Source: Caldilineae bacterium (lineage in GTDB: Bacteria; Chloroflexota; Anaerolineae; JAAEKA01). Taken from it: DNA of 64,000 bases. This document shows, piece by piece, positions 27,246 to 34,613 of the stretch (within the stretch, counting starts at the first letter, position 1; each line of letters starts with the position of its first letter). The notes below the pieces were generated by a model. It saw only the letters and a program-made list of their open reading frames with translations. It searched no databases and was not told where the DNA came from. The stretch is from the NCBI GenBank assembly GCA_020634555.1, contig JACKBK010000006.1, positions 64,373 through 128,372 on the forward strand, in the 5' to 3' direction. The position numbers and the translations under genes are program-made.

Positions 27246-28589
27246 ATGTCACTAAGTACAAAAATCAGCGACAAGACCGCCACCATCGGCATCGTCGGGT
27301 TGGGGTATGTCGGGCTGCCGCACGCGGTGGCATTTGCAACAGCCGGCTTTCCGGTGATCGGCATCGACGTCAACGGCGAGCGGGTCGCGGCTATCAACCG
27401 CGGCGTGAGCCAGATTCCCGACGTGCCATCGGAACAACTGGCGCCGCTGGTGGCTACCCACCGGCTGTCCGCATCCACCGATCCAGGCCATCTGGTCGAG
27501 GCCGATGTAACGCTGATCTGTGTGCCGACGCCGTTCGACGACATGAAGACGCCCGATCTGCGCTATATTGTGGCCGCCGCGCGGGGCATCGCCGCCAACC
27601 TGCGGCCCGACACCATGGTGATCCTGCAGAGCACCACCTATCCCGGCACAACTGAGGAGGTGGTGCAACCGATTCTGGAGAACAGCGGCCTAAAAGCCGG
27701 CCGCGACTTTCATCTGGTGTTCTCGCCGGAACGCATCGATCCGGGCAACCGCCAGTACAGTGCCCACAACATCCCCAAGGTCGTAGGCGGACTGACTCCG
27801 CAGTGTACTGAGTTAGCCTGCGTGCTGTTCGGCCACCTGACGCCGGACGTACACCCGGTCTCAACGCCGCGGGCGGCGGAGATGACCAAGCTGCTGGAGA
27901 ACATCTTCCGCAGCGTCAACATCGCGATGGTCAACGAGTTGGCGGTGCTGATGGAGCGGATGCAGATCGATATCTGGGAAGTCATTGATGCGGCGCGCAC
28001 CAAGCCTTTCGGCTTCATGGCGTTCACACCAGGTCCGGGCGTCGGTGGCCACTGTATCCCGGTCGATCCGTATTACCTGTCGTGGAAGGCGCGCGAGTTC
28101 GACTTCTACACCAAGTTCATCGAGCTGGCGGCTGAGGTCAACGCTGACATGCCCGACCATGTGGTGCGCAAGGTGATCGCCGGCCTGAATCTGGACGGCA
28201 AGCCGGTGCGCGGCTCCACGGTGCTGATCCTGGGCGTCGCCTTCAAGCGCGACATCGACGACGCCCGCAACTCGCCGGCGCAGCGTGTCATCGAGCTGTT
28301 ATTGGACGCAGGCGCGCATATCGAGTATCATGACCCATTTGTAGCGACCTTTCGCACCGGCGGCAACGCGCTTCATCGCAGACCAACGACTTTGCGCAGC
28401 ATCTCACTTGATGAGGGGCTGAACGCGGCCGATGCAGTGGTCATCCTGACCGGCCATACGACGGTTGATTATGCCCAGGTAGTAAGCCGGGTACGAGTGG
28501 TGGTGGATGCGGTCAACGTGACCGGAGAGGTGGCCGAAGCCGCCGGCCGTGTGATCCGCCTGGGCGCACCGATGCCGGTTAGTCTGTGA
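27246..28589 (+). CDS. UDP-N-acetyl-hexosamine 6-dehydrogenase (nucleotide-sugar dehydrogenase family; WbpA/WecC/Cap5O-like)
   Basis: ...IGIVGLGYVGLPHAVAFA..., ...GGHCIPVDPYYL... (catalytic Cys) and ...GVAFKRDIDDARNSPA... Confidence 0.9.
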   Translation: MSLSTKISDKTATIGIVGLGYVGLPHAVAFATAGFPVIGIDVNGERVAAINRGVSQIPDVPSEQLAPLVATHRLSASTDPGHLVEADVTLICVPTPFDDMKTPDLRYIVAAARGIAANLRPDTMVILQSTTYPGTTEEVVQPILENSGLKAGRDFHLVFSPERIDPGNRQYSAHNIPKVVGGLTPQCTELACVLFGHLTPDVHPVSTPRAAEMTKLLENIFRSVNIAMVNELAVLMERMQIDIWEVIDAARTKPFGFMAFTPGPGVGGHCIPVDPYYLSWKAREFDFYTKFIELAAEVNADMPDHVVRKVIAGLNLDGKPVRGSTVLILGVAFKRDIDDARNSPAQRVIELLLDAGAHIEYHDPFVATFRTGGNALHRRPTTLRSISLDEGLNAADAVVILTGHTTVDYAQVVSRVRVVVDAVNVTGEVAEAAGRVIRLGAPMPVSL

Positions 28590-28767
28590 CGTTCGACTTG
28601 TTCGGCAAAGTCGAATATCTGAAAACTGTCGCGTTGAGACGTTCGACTTTTTCGGCAAAGTCGAACGTCTGGAGACTGTCGTGTTGAGACATTCGACTTT
28701 TTCTGAAAAGTCGAACGTCCGAGAATAGTGTGAAAGAAACTCGGTTTTGCCGAAAAAGTCGGGTTTC
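28588..28767. repeat. Tandem array of four hairpin-family repeats (period 50, 50, 48 bp)
   Basis: Hairpins lie at 28588-28619, 28638-28669, 28688-28719 and 28736-28767. The inter-hairpin linkers are homologous (tgaaaactgtcgcgttga / tggagactgtcgtgttga). The first hairpin overlaps the TGA of the dehydrogenase. Confidence 0.9.
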
Positions 28768-28792
28768 GAGAGACGACTGGAGAAAAAGTCAC

Positions 28793-30181
28793 ATGGAAAC
28801 CAAGAAAACTCTACGATTCGCGTTCATCATTGGCCTGGTCACCCTGTCGCTGATGTTGGTTGCTGCCTGTTCAGCACCGCCGCCATCCGGCACAACCACG
28901 GCTACCGAGGTACCGCCAACGGCCGCGCCCGTCGACACGCCGGCTGACACTGCCGCACCGGCCACCGATACATCCGCCTTGACCACAACGGCTGACCTGC
29001 CTGATTTCGGCGTCATGCCGGTGATGCCTGCTGATGGCGAGCGACCGTTGGCAGAAGTAGACCTGACCAGCCGCGCCTACATCTTCCAGGAACCGCCGGA
29101 CATGGCCATCGATCCCGACAAGGTCTACCTGGCAACCTTCGAGACGACCAAGGGCGACTTCACGGCTGAGCTTTATTCGCAGGAAGCGCCAAACGCTGTC
29201 AACAATTTTGTGGTCCTTTCGGAAATGGGCTACTACGACGGCATGCCGGCCTTCCCAGCCGGCCCGCCGATGGCAGTGCTGACAGGTGACGCGGCAGGCG
29301 ACGGCAATGGCAGTCCCGGCTATGATTTCGCGGCCGAGATCGGCATTCCCAATCCTGCCGGCACCATCGGCTATCTGCGGTTGCCCGACCAGGTCAACCC
29401 GGAGCGGCTCAGCAACGGCAGCCAGATCTACATTACCCTGGAAGCAGTGCCGGAGATCGACGGCGTCTACTCGGCGTTTGGGCTGATCCTGGACGGGCTG
29501 GATGTGGCTGAAGCTATCACACAGACTGATGTCATCAACCAGGTGGTGATCAGCGAGGCAGAGGAGCGGAAAGCGCCCACCCCGCCGCCGCCGACACCAA
29601 CACCAACTCCCTTTGCACCGACCTCCGACGCCTCGGGCGACCGCCCGTTGGCAGCTCTGGATCCGGCCGAGCGCAACGATATGTTCAACTCAGCGCCGGA
29701 AATGACGCTTGAGGACGGCGTAGACTATACAGCGCGCATCGTCACCGACAAGGGCGACATCGTGGTGGATCTGTACGAAGACCAGACGCCTATCACCGTC
29801 AACAACTTCGTGACGCTGGCCAACCTCGGCTACTACGACAACACCATGTTCCACCGCGTCATTGAGGGCTTCATGGCGCAGGCCGGCGACCCGACCGGCA
29901 CCGGTACGGGCGGCCCCGGCTACACCTTCCAGGACGAGATCGTGCCCGACCTTGTCTTCGACAGTGCAGGCATCCTGGCCATGGCCAACGCCGGCCCATC
30001 CACCAACGGCAGCCAGTTCTTCATCACCTACGACGCCACCGACTGGCTCAACGGCCAGCACACGATCTTTGGCAAGGTGCTCGAAGGTGAGGACGTGCTG
30101 GCAGAGATCAACCTGCGCGACCCGGCGACGGCCACCGAGCCTGGCACGATGATCGAGCAGATCCTGATCGAAACCAAGTAA
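28793..30181 (+). CDS. Secreted lipoprotein with two cyclophilin-type peptidyl-prolyl isomerase domains (N-terminal one degenerate)
   Basis: The track ORF (28730) begins inside the repeat array. ATG 28793 gives [26 protein letters not shown] (lipobox). Domain 2 is canonical (...[31 protein letters not shown]...[15 protein letters not shown]...). Domain 1 lacks the FHRV/GFM.QGG core. Confidence 0.85.
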   Translation: METKKTLRFAFIIGLVTLSLMLVAACSAPPPSGTTTATEVPPTAAPVDTPADTAAPATDTSALTTTADLPDFGVMPVMPADGERPLAEVDLTSRAYIFQEPPDMAIDPDKVYLATFETTKGDFTAELYSQEAPNAVNNFVVLSEMGYYDGMPAFPAGPPMAVLTGDAAGDGNGSPGYDFAAEIGIPNPAGTIGYLRLPDQVNPERLSNGSQIYITLEAVPEIDGVYSAFGLILDGLDVAEAITQTDVINQVVISEAEERKAPTPPPPTPTPTPFAPTSDASGDRPLAALDPAERNDMFNSAPEMTLEDGVDYTARIVTDKGDIVVDLYEDQTPITVNNFVTLANLGYYDNTMFHRVIEGFMAQAGDPTGTGTGGPGYTFQDEIVPDLVFDSAGILAMANAGPSTNGSQFFITYDATDWLNGQHTIFGKVLEGEDVLAEINLRDPATATEPGTMIEQILIETK

Positions 30182-30210
30182 GCTGTCACAAGACAGAATC
30201 CTGTTTTGTA

Positions 30211-30248
30211 GAGCGTCCCCGGAAACAATGGCGTTTCCGGGGACGCTC
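30211..30248 (+). terminator. GC-rich 16-bp-stem hairpin after the cyclophilin gene
   Basis: gagcgtccccggaaac-aatggc-gtttccggggacgctc is a perfect stem. There is no clear T-tract. Confidence 0.5.
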
Positions 30249-30335
30249 GTTCCTCCAAACTAAGCTCTGCCCGTGCCGGAAACAATACTACCCCGGCAAG
30301 GCCAGGCTGTGCCACATTCTTCTTACAACTGCATT

Positions 30336-31229
30336 ATGAGCAAAGCCCTCGTCATATTCAATCCTCATGCCGGCCGCGGGCGCGGCGCCAAGCGCGCTGA
30401 GTCTGTCGTCGCGGCGCTGCACGCCGTGGACTTCGAGTTCGACTCGGTGGTATCGGAAACCCGCGGCCATGCGATCGAGCTGGCACAGCGCGCGGCGGAA
30501 TCGGGGCGTGAGCTGATCGTGGCGGCCGGCGGTGATGGCACGCTCAACGAGGTGGTCAACGGCGTCATGCAGGCCAGGCAGCATGGCGTGCCGGCCCGGT
30601 TGGGCGTCATGCCCATCGGTTCAGGCAACGACTTTGCCGGCTCGTTGGGCATCACCACCGACCTGCGGCAAGCGGCGGAGATCCTCAAGCGCGACCACGT
30701 GCGCCGGGTAGATGCCGGCATGGTTAACGGTCGTTACTTTGCCAACAATGTGGGCATGGGCCTGGAAGCGCAGGTCGACATCGAGGCACACAAGATGACC
30801 TGGGTGAGCGGTCAGGCGCTGTACCTGATTGCGATCTTCCGCGCGATCCGCAGTTTTCCCCATCCGGTGGTCCAGATCGAGCGCGATGGCCAGCAGATCA
30901 ACGACAAAAGTATCCTGATGATCACGGCCGGCAACAACCGGCGCATCGGCGGCGGCTTCCTGGTGTTTCCCGATGCCGTGCCAGACGATGGCTTGCTGGA
31001 CTTATGTGTCGTCGATGCCATCCCGCGGCGCGAGATACTGCGCTTGCTCCCGAAACTACCCAAAGGAAAGCATGTTGGCGAGCCGGCCGTGGAGATGTCC
31101 CGCTTCACGCATCTGGTGGTCGAATCCGAGAGCCCGCTCCCCGTTCACGCCGACGGCGAAATCCTATGGACCGACGCCCGGCGGGTGGAGATCGAGGTGC
31201 TGCCCGACCGGCTGGATGTAGTCGCTTAG
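30336..31229 (+). CDS. Diacylglycerol-kinase-family lipid kinase (YegS/BmrU-like)
   Basis: ATG 30336 is preferred over the track start 30273. This gives MSKALVIFNPHAGRGRG..., then ...VAAGGDGTLNEVVNG... and ...LGVMPIGSGNDFA... Confidence 0.85.
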   Translation: MSKALVIFNPHAGRGRGAKRAESVVAALHAVDFEFDSVVSETRGHAIELAQRAAESGRELIVAAGGDGTLNEVVNGVMQARQHGVPARLGVMPIGSGNDFAGSLGITTDLRQAAEILKRDHVRRVDAGMVNGRYFANNVGMGLEAQVDIEAHKMTWVSGQALYLIAIFRAIRSFPHPVVQIERDGQQINDKSILMITAGNNRRIGGGFLVFPDAVPDDGLLDLCVVDAIPRREILRLLPKLPKGKHVGEPAVEMSRFTHLVVESESPLPVHADGEILWTDARRVEIEVLPDRLDVVA

Positions 31230-31831
31230 CTTCGTCTGAGCAGGTACCACGCCACCGGCCGCTCGCCCTGCAAACTGGGGCGGCGCCACAGCATCTCGAA
31301 ATGGGGAGCGAAGCGCTGGGCGATCTCGTCCGCGTCAAAGCCGGCCGGGCCGGAATCCAGTTCCGTGTCCTGGTCGAAACCGTACATCAGGTAAAGTCCA
31401 CCGCTTTCCAGCCGCCGGGCCAGCGAGGCAGCGTAGCGCGCCCGGTTGTCAGGGGAGAGGCTGTGCAGGCAGCCGATGTCCAGCGCGAAGGTAGCCTGCA
31501 CCGGCAGAAACCCCAGGTCGGCCACGTTGCCCGCACAGAAGAAAGCCGGCAGGCCGGCTGTGCGTGCTTTCGTGCGCGCCCGTTGCAGGGCTGTCACCGC
31601 CAGATCAACTCCGTAGACGCTGAATCCCAGCCGCGCCAGAAACGCCGAGTTGGTCCCCGTGCCGCAGCCCAGGTCCAGCGCAACGCAGGGCGGCCGCAAC
31701 GCGCCGCTGTCCACAAGCTCGTGGACCTCAGGCGGCACGATGCCCGTGTCCCAGGGCGTTTCAGCCATCTGGTAGCGTTGGTTCCACCAAGCGGGAGAGC
31801 CGCGGTCGTTGTTGGTAGCAAGATCGGTCAT
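31226..31831 (-). CDS. Class I SAM-dependent methyltransferase (TPMT-like)
   Basis: ATG 31831 gives MTDLATNNDRGSPAWWNQRYQMAETPWDTG...VALDLGCGTGTNSAFLARLGFSVYGVDL (motif I). The track ORF extends to 31981 through the divergent promoter region. Its end overlaps the lipid-kinase stop by 4 nt. Confidence 0.75.
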   Translation of the reverse strand: MTDLATNNDRGSPAWWNQRYQMAETPWDTGIVPPEVHELVDSGALRPPCVALDLGCGTGTNSAFLARLGFSVYGVDLAVTALQRARTKARTAGLPAFFCAGNVADLGFLPVQATFALDIGCLHSLSPDNRARYAASLARRLESGGLYLMYGFDQDTELDSGPAGFDADEIAQRFAPHFEMLWRRPSLQGERPVAWYLLRRS

Positions 31832-31844
31832 TTCGTGGATTTCG

Positions 31845-31873
31845 TTGCGGTAACTTCCCAATTGTGGTATATT
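31845..31873 (+). promoter_or_regulatory. Candidate promoter TTGCGG-17-(TGg)TATATT, ending 6 nt before the AbiEi-like ATG (a leaderless transcript is predicted)
   Basis: Direct reading gives -35 at 31845-31850, an extended -10 TGGTATATT at 31865-31873 and the ATG at 31880. Confidence 0.3.
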
Positions 31874-31879
31874 GTTGCC

Positions 31880-32521
31880 ATGAAATTCAGCGAACTTGTT
31901 GAGATTGTCGGCGACGAACCGCTTTTCGAGACTGGCCTGTTGGTAGCAGGCGATGTAGACTTCGCCGCGCTGCGCAAGCAACTGTCGCGGTGGACTGCGG
32001 CCAGCAAGCTGTTTCAGTTACGACGGGGATTGTACGCCCTTGCACCGCCGTTTCAAAAAATCAAGCCGCATCCGTTCGTGGTCGCCAATCACCTGGTCCA
32101 GGGATCGTATGTCAGTTGCCAGTCGGCGCTGGCTTACTACGGCATGATTCCCGAGCACGCGCCGGTCGTGGTTAGTGTCACGAATGCCCGCCCCGGACGC
32201 TGGGATACACCGCTGGGCAGCTTCCTCTTCCGCCACATCAAGAAGGATCTGCTAAACGGCTACCGGCTGGTGCAACTTGGCGGGCGACAGCGAGCGTTTG
32301 TCGCTTCTCCCGAAAAGGCCCTGTTGGATCTACTCTACCTCCAACCGGGTGCCGATGATTCGGGCTACCTGCGTGAACTACGGCTGCAAAACCTCCATAC
32401 TTTGGACACGGATAAACTACGCCGGATGGCTTCTGCAACTGAGCGTCCGAAGTTGATGCGCGCGGCCAAGACCATCGCCGGCTTGGCCTCTTCTGAAAAC
32501 CTGGAGTATGAACCCTTGTGA
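31880..32521 (+). CDS. AbiEi-like antitoxin/transcriptional-regulator family protein (no cognate AbiEii toxin gene adjacent)
   Basis: ...LSRWTAASKLFQLRRGLYAL...VANHLVQGSYVSCQSALAYYGMIPE...FVASPEKALLDLLYL matches the conserved blocks of AbiEi-type proteins. The track ORF 31004..32521 is an artefactual 5' extension antisense to the methyltransferase. Confidence 0.65.
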   Translation: MKFSELVEIVGDEPLFETGLLVAGDVDFAALRKQLSRWTAASKLFQLRRGLYALAPPFQKIKPHPFVVANHLVQGSYVSCQSALAYYGMIPEHAPVVVSVTNARPGRWDTPLGSFLFRHIKKDLLNGYRLVQLGGRQRAFVASPEKALLDLLYLQPGADDSGYLRELRLQNLHTLDTDKLRRMASATERPKLMRAAKTIAGLASSENLEYEPL

Positions 32522-32532
32522 AGGATTATCTT

Positions 32533-33498
32533 TTACAGCCCGCGTTCGCCGCGGATGTAGGGGACGCCCAGCGCGGCCGGCGCGCCGATGCGTTGGCGCA
32601 TGGCGGCCCGGGAGCCGATGAGCAGGGCTACGATGGTCAGCAGATAGGGTGTCATCTTCAGGAAGAAGCCCAGGTTGGAGTTAGCAAACAGGGGATTGGG
32701 GAAGCCAAGGATTACCGCCGGGCCTTGCAGGTCCAGAATGGCCCGTTGCAGCGCGCCGAACAGATAGGCGCCCACGACCGCCCGCACAGGGTTCCATTGA
32801 GCGAAGATCACCAGACCGATGGCGATCCAGCCCAGGCCGGACGTCGTCTGAGCGCTGTACCAGCCTGGAGAGACCGACAAACTGATAGTGACGCCGGCCA
32901 GTCCTGCCAGACAGCCGCCCACGATGGTGTAGAGATAGCGCAGGCCGTAGACGCTCACACCCATGGTATCGGCTGCCTCCGGCTTTTCACCCACCGCTCG
33001 CAGATGCATACCAGGGCGCGTATACTTGATATAGTACCAGACAAGCGGGATCAGCAAGTATCCCACGTAGACCAGAATACTTTGCTCCTGGAAGAAGATT
33101 GGGCCGATGAAGGGGATCGCGGAGAGTACGGGAATATTTACCACCGGAATCAACGGCGGCGATTGGCCGGTCAACCCCTCACCCAGTACCAGCGCCAAAC
33201 CGGTGCCGAGAAAGGTGAGCGATAGCCCGCTGACCACCTGGTCTGCCTGGAAGTTGATCGTGACCACGGCGTGCAAGATAGAGAGAATGCCGCCGGCAAT
33301 CATGGCGGCCAGCACGCCCAGCCACGGGTTGCCGGTAGCCAGGGACACGCTGAAACCAGTCATCGCGCCGATCAGCATCATGCCCTCAACACCCAGATTG
33401 AGGATGCCTGATCGCTCAGCCAGCAGCTCGCCGATGGTGGCGAACAGCAGGATCGTGCCGGTAGCAATGCCCGCGTGAAGGATGATTTCGAGATTCAT
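32533..33498 (-). CDS. ABC transporter permease (BMP/nucleoside-type, YufQ/NupQ-like)
   Basis: 321 aa with about 8-10 TM helices. ...ERSGILNLGVEGMMLIGAM... is typical of branched-chain/sugar-type permeases in BMP-family nucleoside uptake systems. It overlaps the upstream permease by 4 nt. Confidence 0.85.
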   Translation of the reverse strand: MNLEIILHAGIATGTILLFATIGELLAERSGILNLGVEGMMLIGAMTGFSVSLATGNPWLGVLAAMIAGGILSILHAVVTINFQADQVVSGLSLTFLGTGLALVLGEGLTGQSPPLIPVVNIPVLSAIPFIGPIFFQEQSILVYVGYLLIPLVWYYIKYTRPGMHLRAVGEKPEAADTMGVSVYGLRYLYTIVGGCLAGLAGVTISLSVSPGWYSAQTTSGLGWIAIGLVIFAQWNPVRAVVGAYLFGALQRAILDLQGPAVILGFPNPLFANSNLGFFLKMTPYLLTIVALLIGSRAAMRQRIGAPAALGVPYIRGERGL

Positions 33499-34613
33499 GC
33501 GTCGCTCCCTGCTGTGACGGGCGTCGTCGTGCGCTGCAGGCGAATGCTGTAGCGTAGCAGGACGTCGCTGCTGATGACCATGAAGAGAATGATACCTTGC
33601 AACATGGCGGCCAAACCGGATGGCTGGATCTCCCTTCCGGCCACGATTAACGCGCCAAACAGGATCGAAACCAGAATCACGGCAAAGGGATTGAGTTTGG
33701 CCACCCAGGCAATAATGATCCCCGTAAATCCATATTGGGGCGAGATTCGCTCCTGCAGGCGATGCACCACGCCGCTGATCTCGGACATGCCGGCCAGTCC
33801 CGCCAATGCACCGGAGAGCATCATGACCAGGATGATGTTGCGGGCGATGTTAAGACCGGCGTAGCGCGCTGCGTTCGGGTTATCACCGATAAGCTTGATC
33901 TCATAGCCCCAGCGGCTGCGGTCGAAGATCCACCACACAAGGACGGCAGCCAGCAAGGCAACCACAAACCCCAGATGAAGGGTGATGCCGGAAAGGGTGG
34001 GATATTCGCGGGCATAGTCGGCAAGCCGGGGCAGCCAGTAGCCTCGTTCGAAGAGGCGGGTCATCTGGAAGCCGCCCTCGCTCCAGCGGTCAAAGATCCA
34101 GAAGTTGTTCCAAAGGATGGCTACGTAGTTCAGCATCAGCGTGGTAATGATCTCGCTGACGGCGAATTTGGCCTTCAGGAAGCCGGGAACAAAGCCCCAG
34201 ATCGCGCCGCCGATCATGCCCATGACAGCCATGGCCAGCAGAATGAGCGGTTTCGGTGCGTCGGGAGGCAGGATGGGAACCAACACAACCAGGCTGGCAA
34301 AAAAGGCGCCCATGTAGAACTGGCCTTCCGCCCCGATGTTCCACAGTTTCATCCTGAAAGCTACCGAACAGGCCAAACCCACCAGGATCAACGGGGTCGC
34401 CTTGACCAGCGTGTCGGAAATAGTAGCCACACTGCCAAAGGTGGCGCTCCAGAAGAACTTGCCCACCTGAACGGGATCGCCGCCGATCAGCTTCAGGATG
34501 ATGCCGCTGATGATGAAGGCCAGGATCACGGCTGCCAGGGAGGTGGCGGCCGGTAGCCATTTGGGGTAGTCCTCGGTCCGTTTTTCCACAACCAGATCGA
34601 CCGGTAGCCTCAT
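33495..34613 (-). CDS. ABC transporter permease (YufP/NupP-like)
   Basis: 372-aa polytopic protein. ...FRMKLWNIGAEGQFYMGAF... It overlaps the ATPase gene by 4 nt. Confidence 0.85.
   Translation of the reverse strand: MRLPVDLVVEKRTEDYPKWLPAATSLAAVILAFIISGIILKLIGGDPVQVGKFFWSATFGSVATISDTLVKATPLILVGLACSVAFRMKLWNIGAEGQFYMGAFFASLVVLVPILPPDAPKPLILLAMAVMGMIGGAIWGFVPGFLKAKFAVSEIITTLMLNYVAILWNNFWIFDRWSEGGFQMTRLFERGYWLPRLADYAREYPTLSGITLHLGFVVALLAAVLVWWIFDRSRWGYEIKLIGDNPNAARYAGLNIARNIILVMMLSGALAGLAGMSEISGVVHRLQERISPQYGFTGIIIAWVAKLNPFAVILVSILFGALIVAGREIQPSGLAAMLQGIILFMVISSDVLLRYSIRLQRTTTPVTAGSDA

Noticed and set aside
25285-27261. 658-aa minus-strand ORF, one of the longest in the track
   Set aside because: It is antisense to the well-supported TPR tail of the ligase-like gene and to the whole WecA/MraY-family gene, and it runs through the MITE-like repeats. 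The translation is R/H/Q/G-rich with no motif I recognise. It is a typical high-GC shadow ORF.
28588-28767. A regularly spaced repeat array, considered as a possible CRISPR
   Set aside because: The repeats are palindromic hairpins of the locus-wide family. The 'spacers' are only 16-18 nt and are homologous to each other, so this is a tandem duplication. There are only four units and no cas genes in the window.
31004-31879. The first 292 codons of the 505-aa track ORF 31004..32521
   Set aside because: This part overlaps the lipid-kinase 3' end and is antisense to the methyltransferase. The recognisable AbiEi-like sequence begins only at ATG 31880, directly after a promoter-like element.
32518-33225. 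235-aa plus-strand ORF directly after the AbiEi-like gene, considered as a possible cognate toxin
   Set aside because: It is antisense to the ABC permease. It has no nucleotidyltransferase (AbiEii) motifs, and its composition is typical of a shadow ORF.
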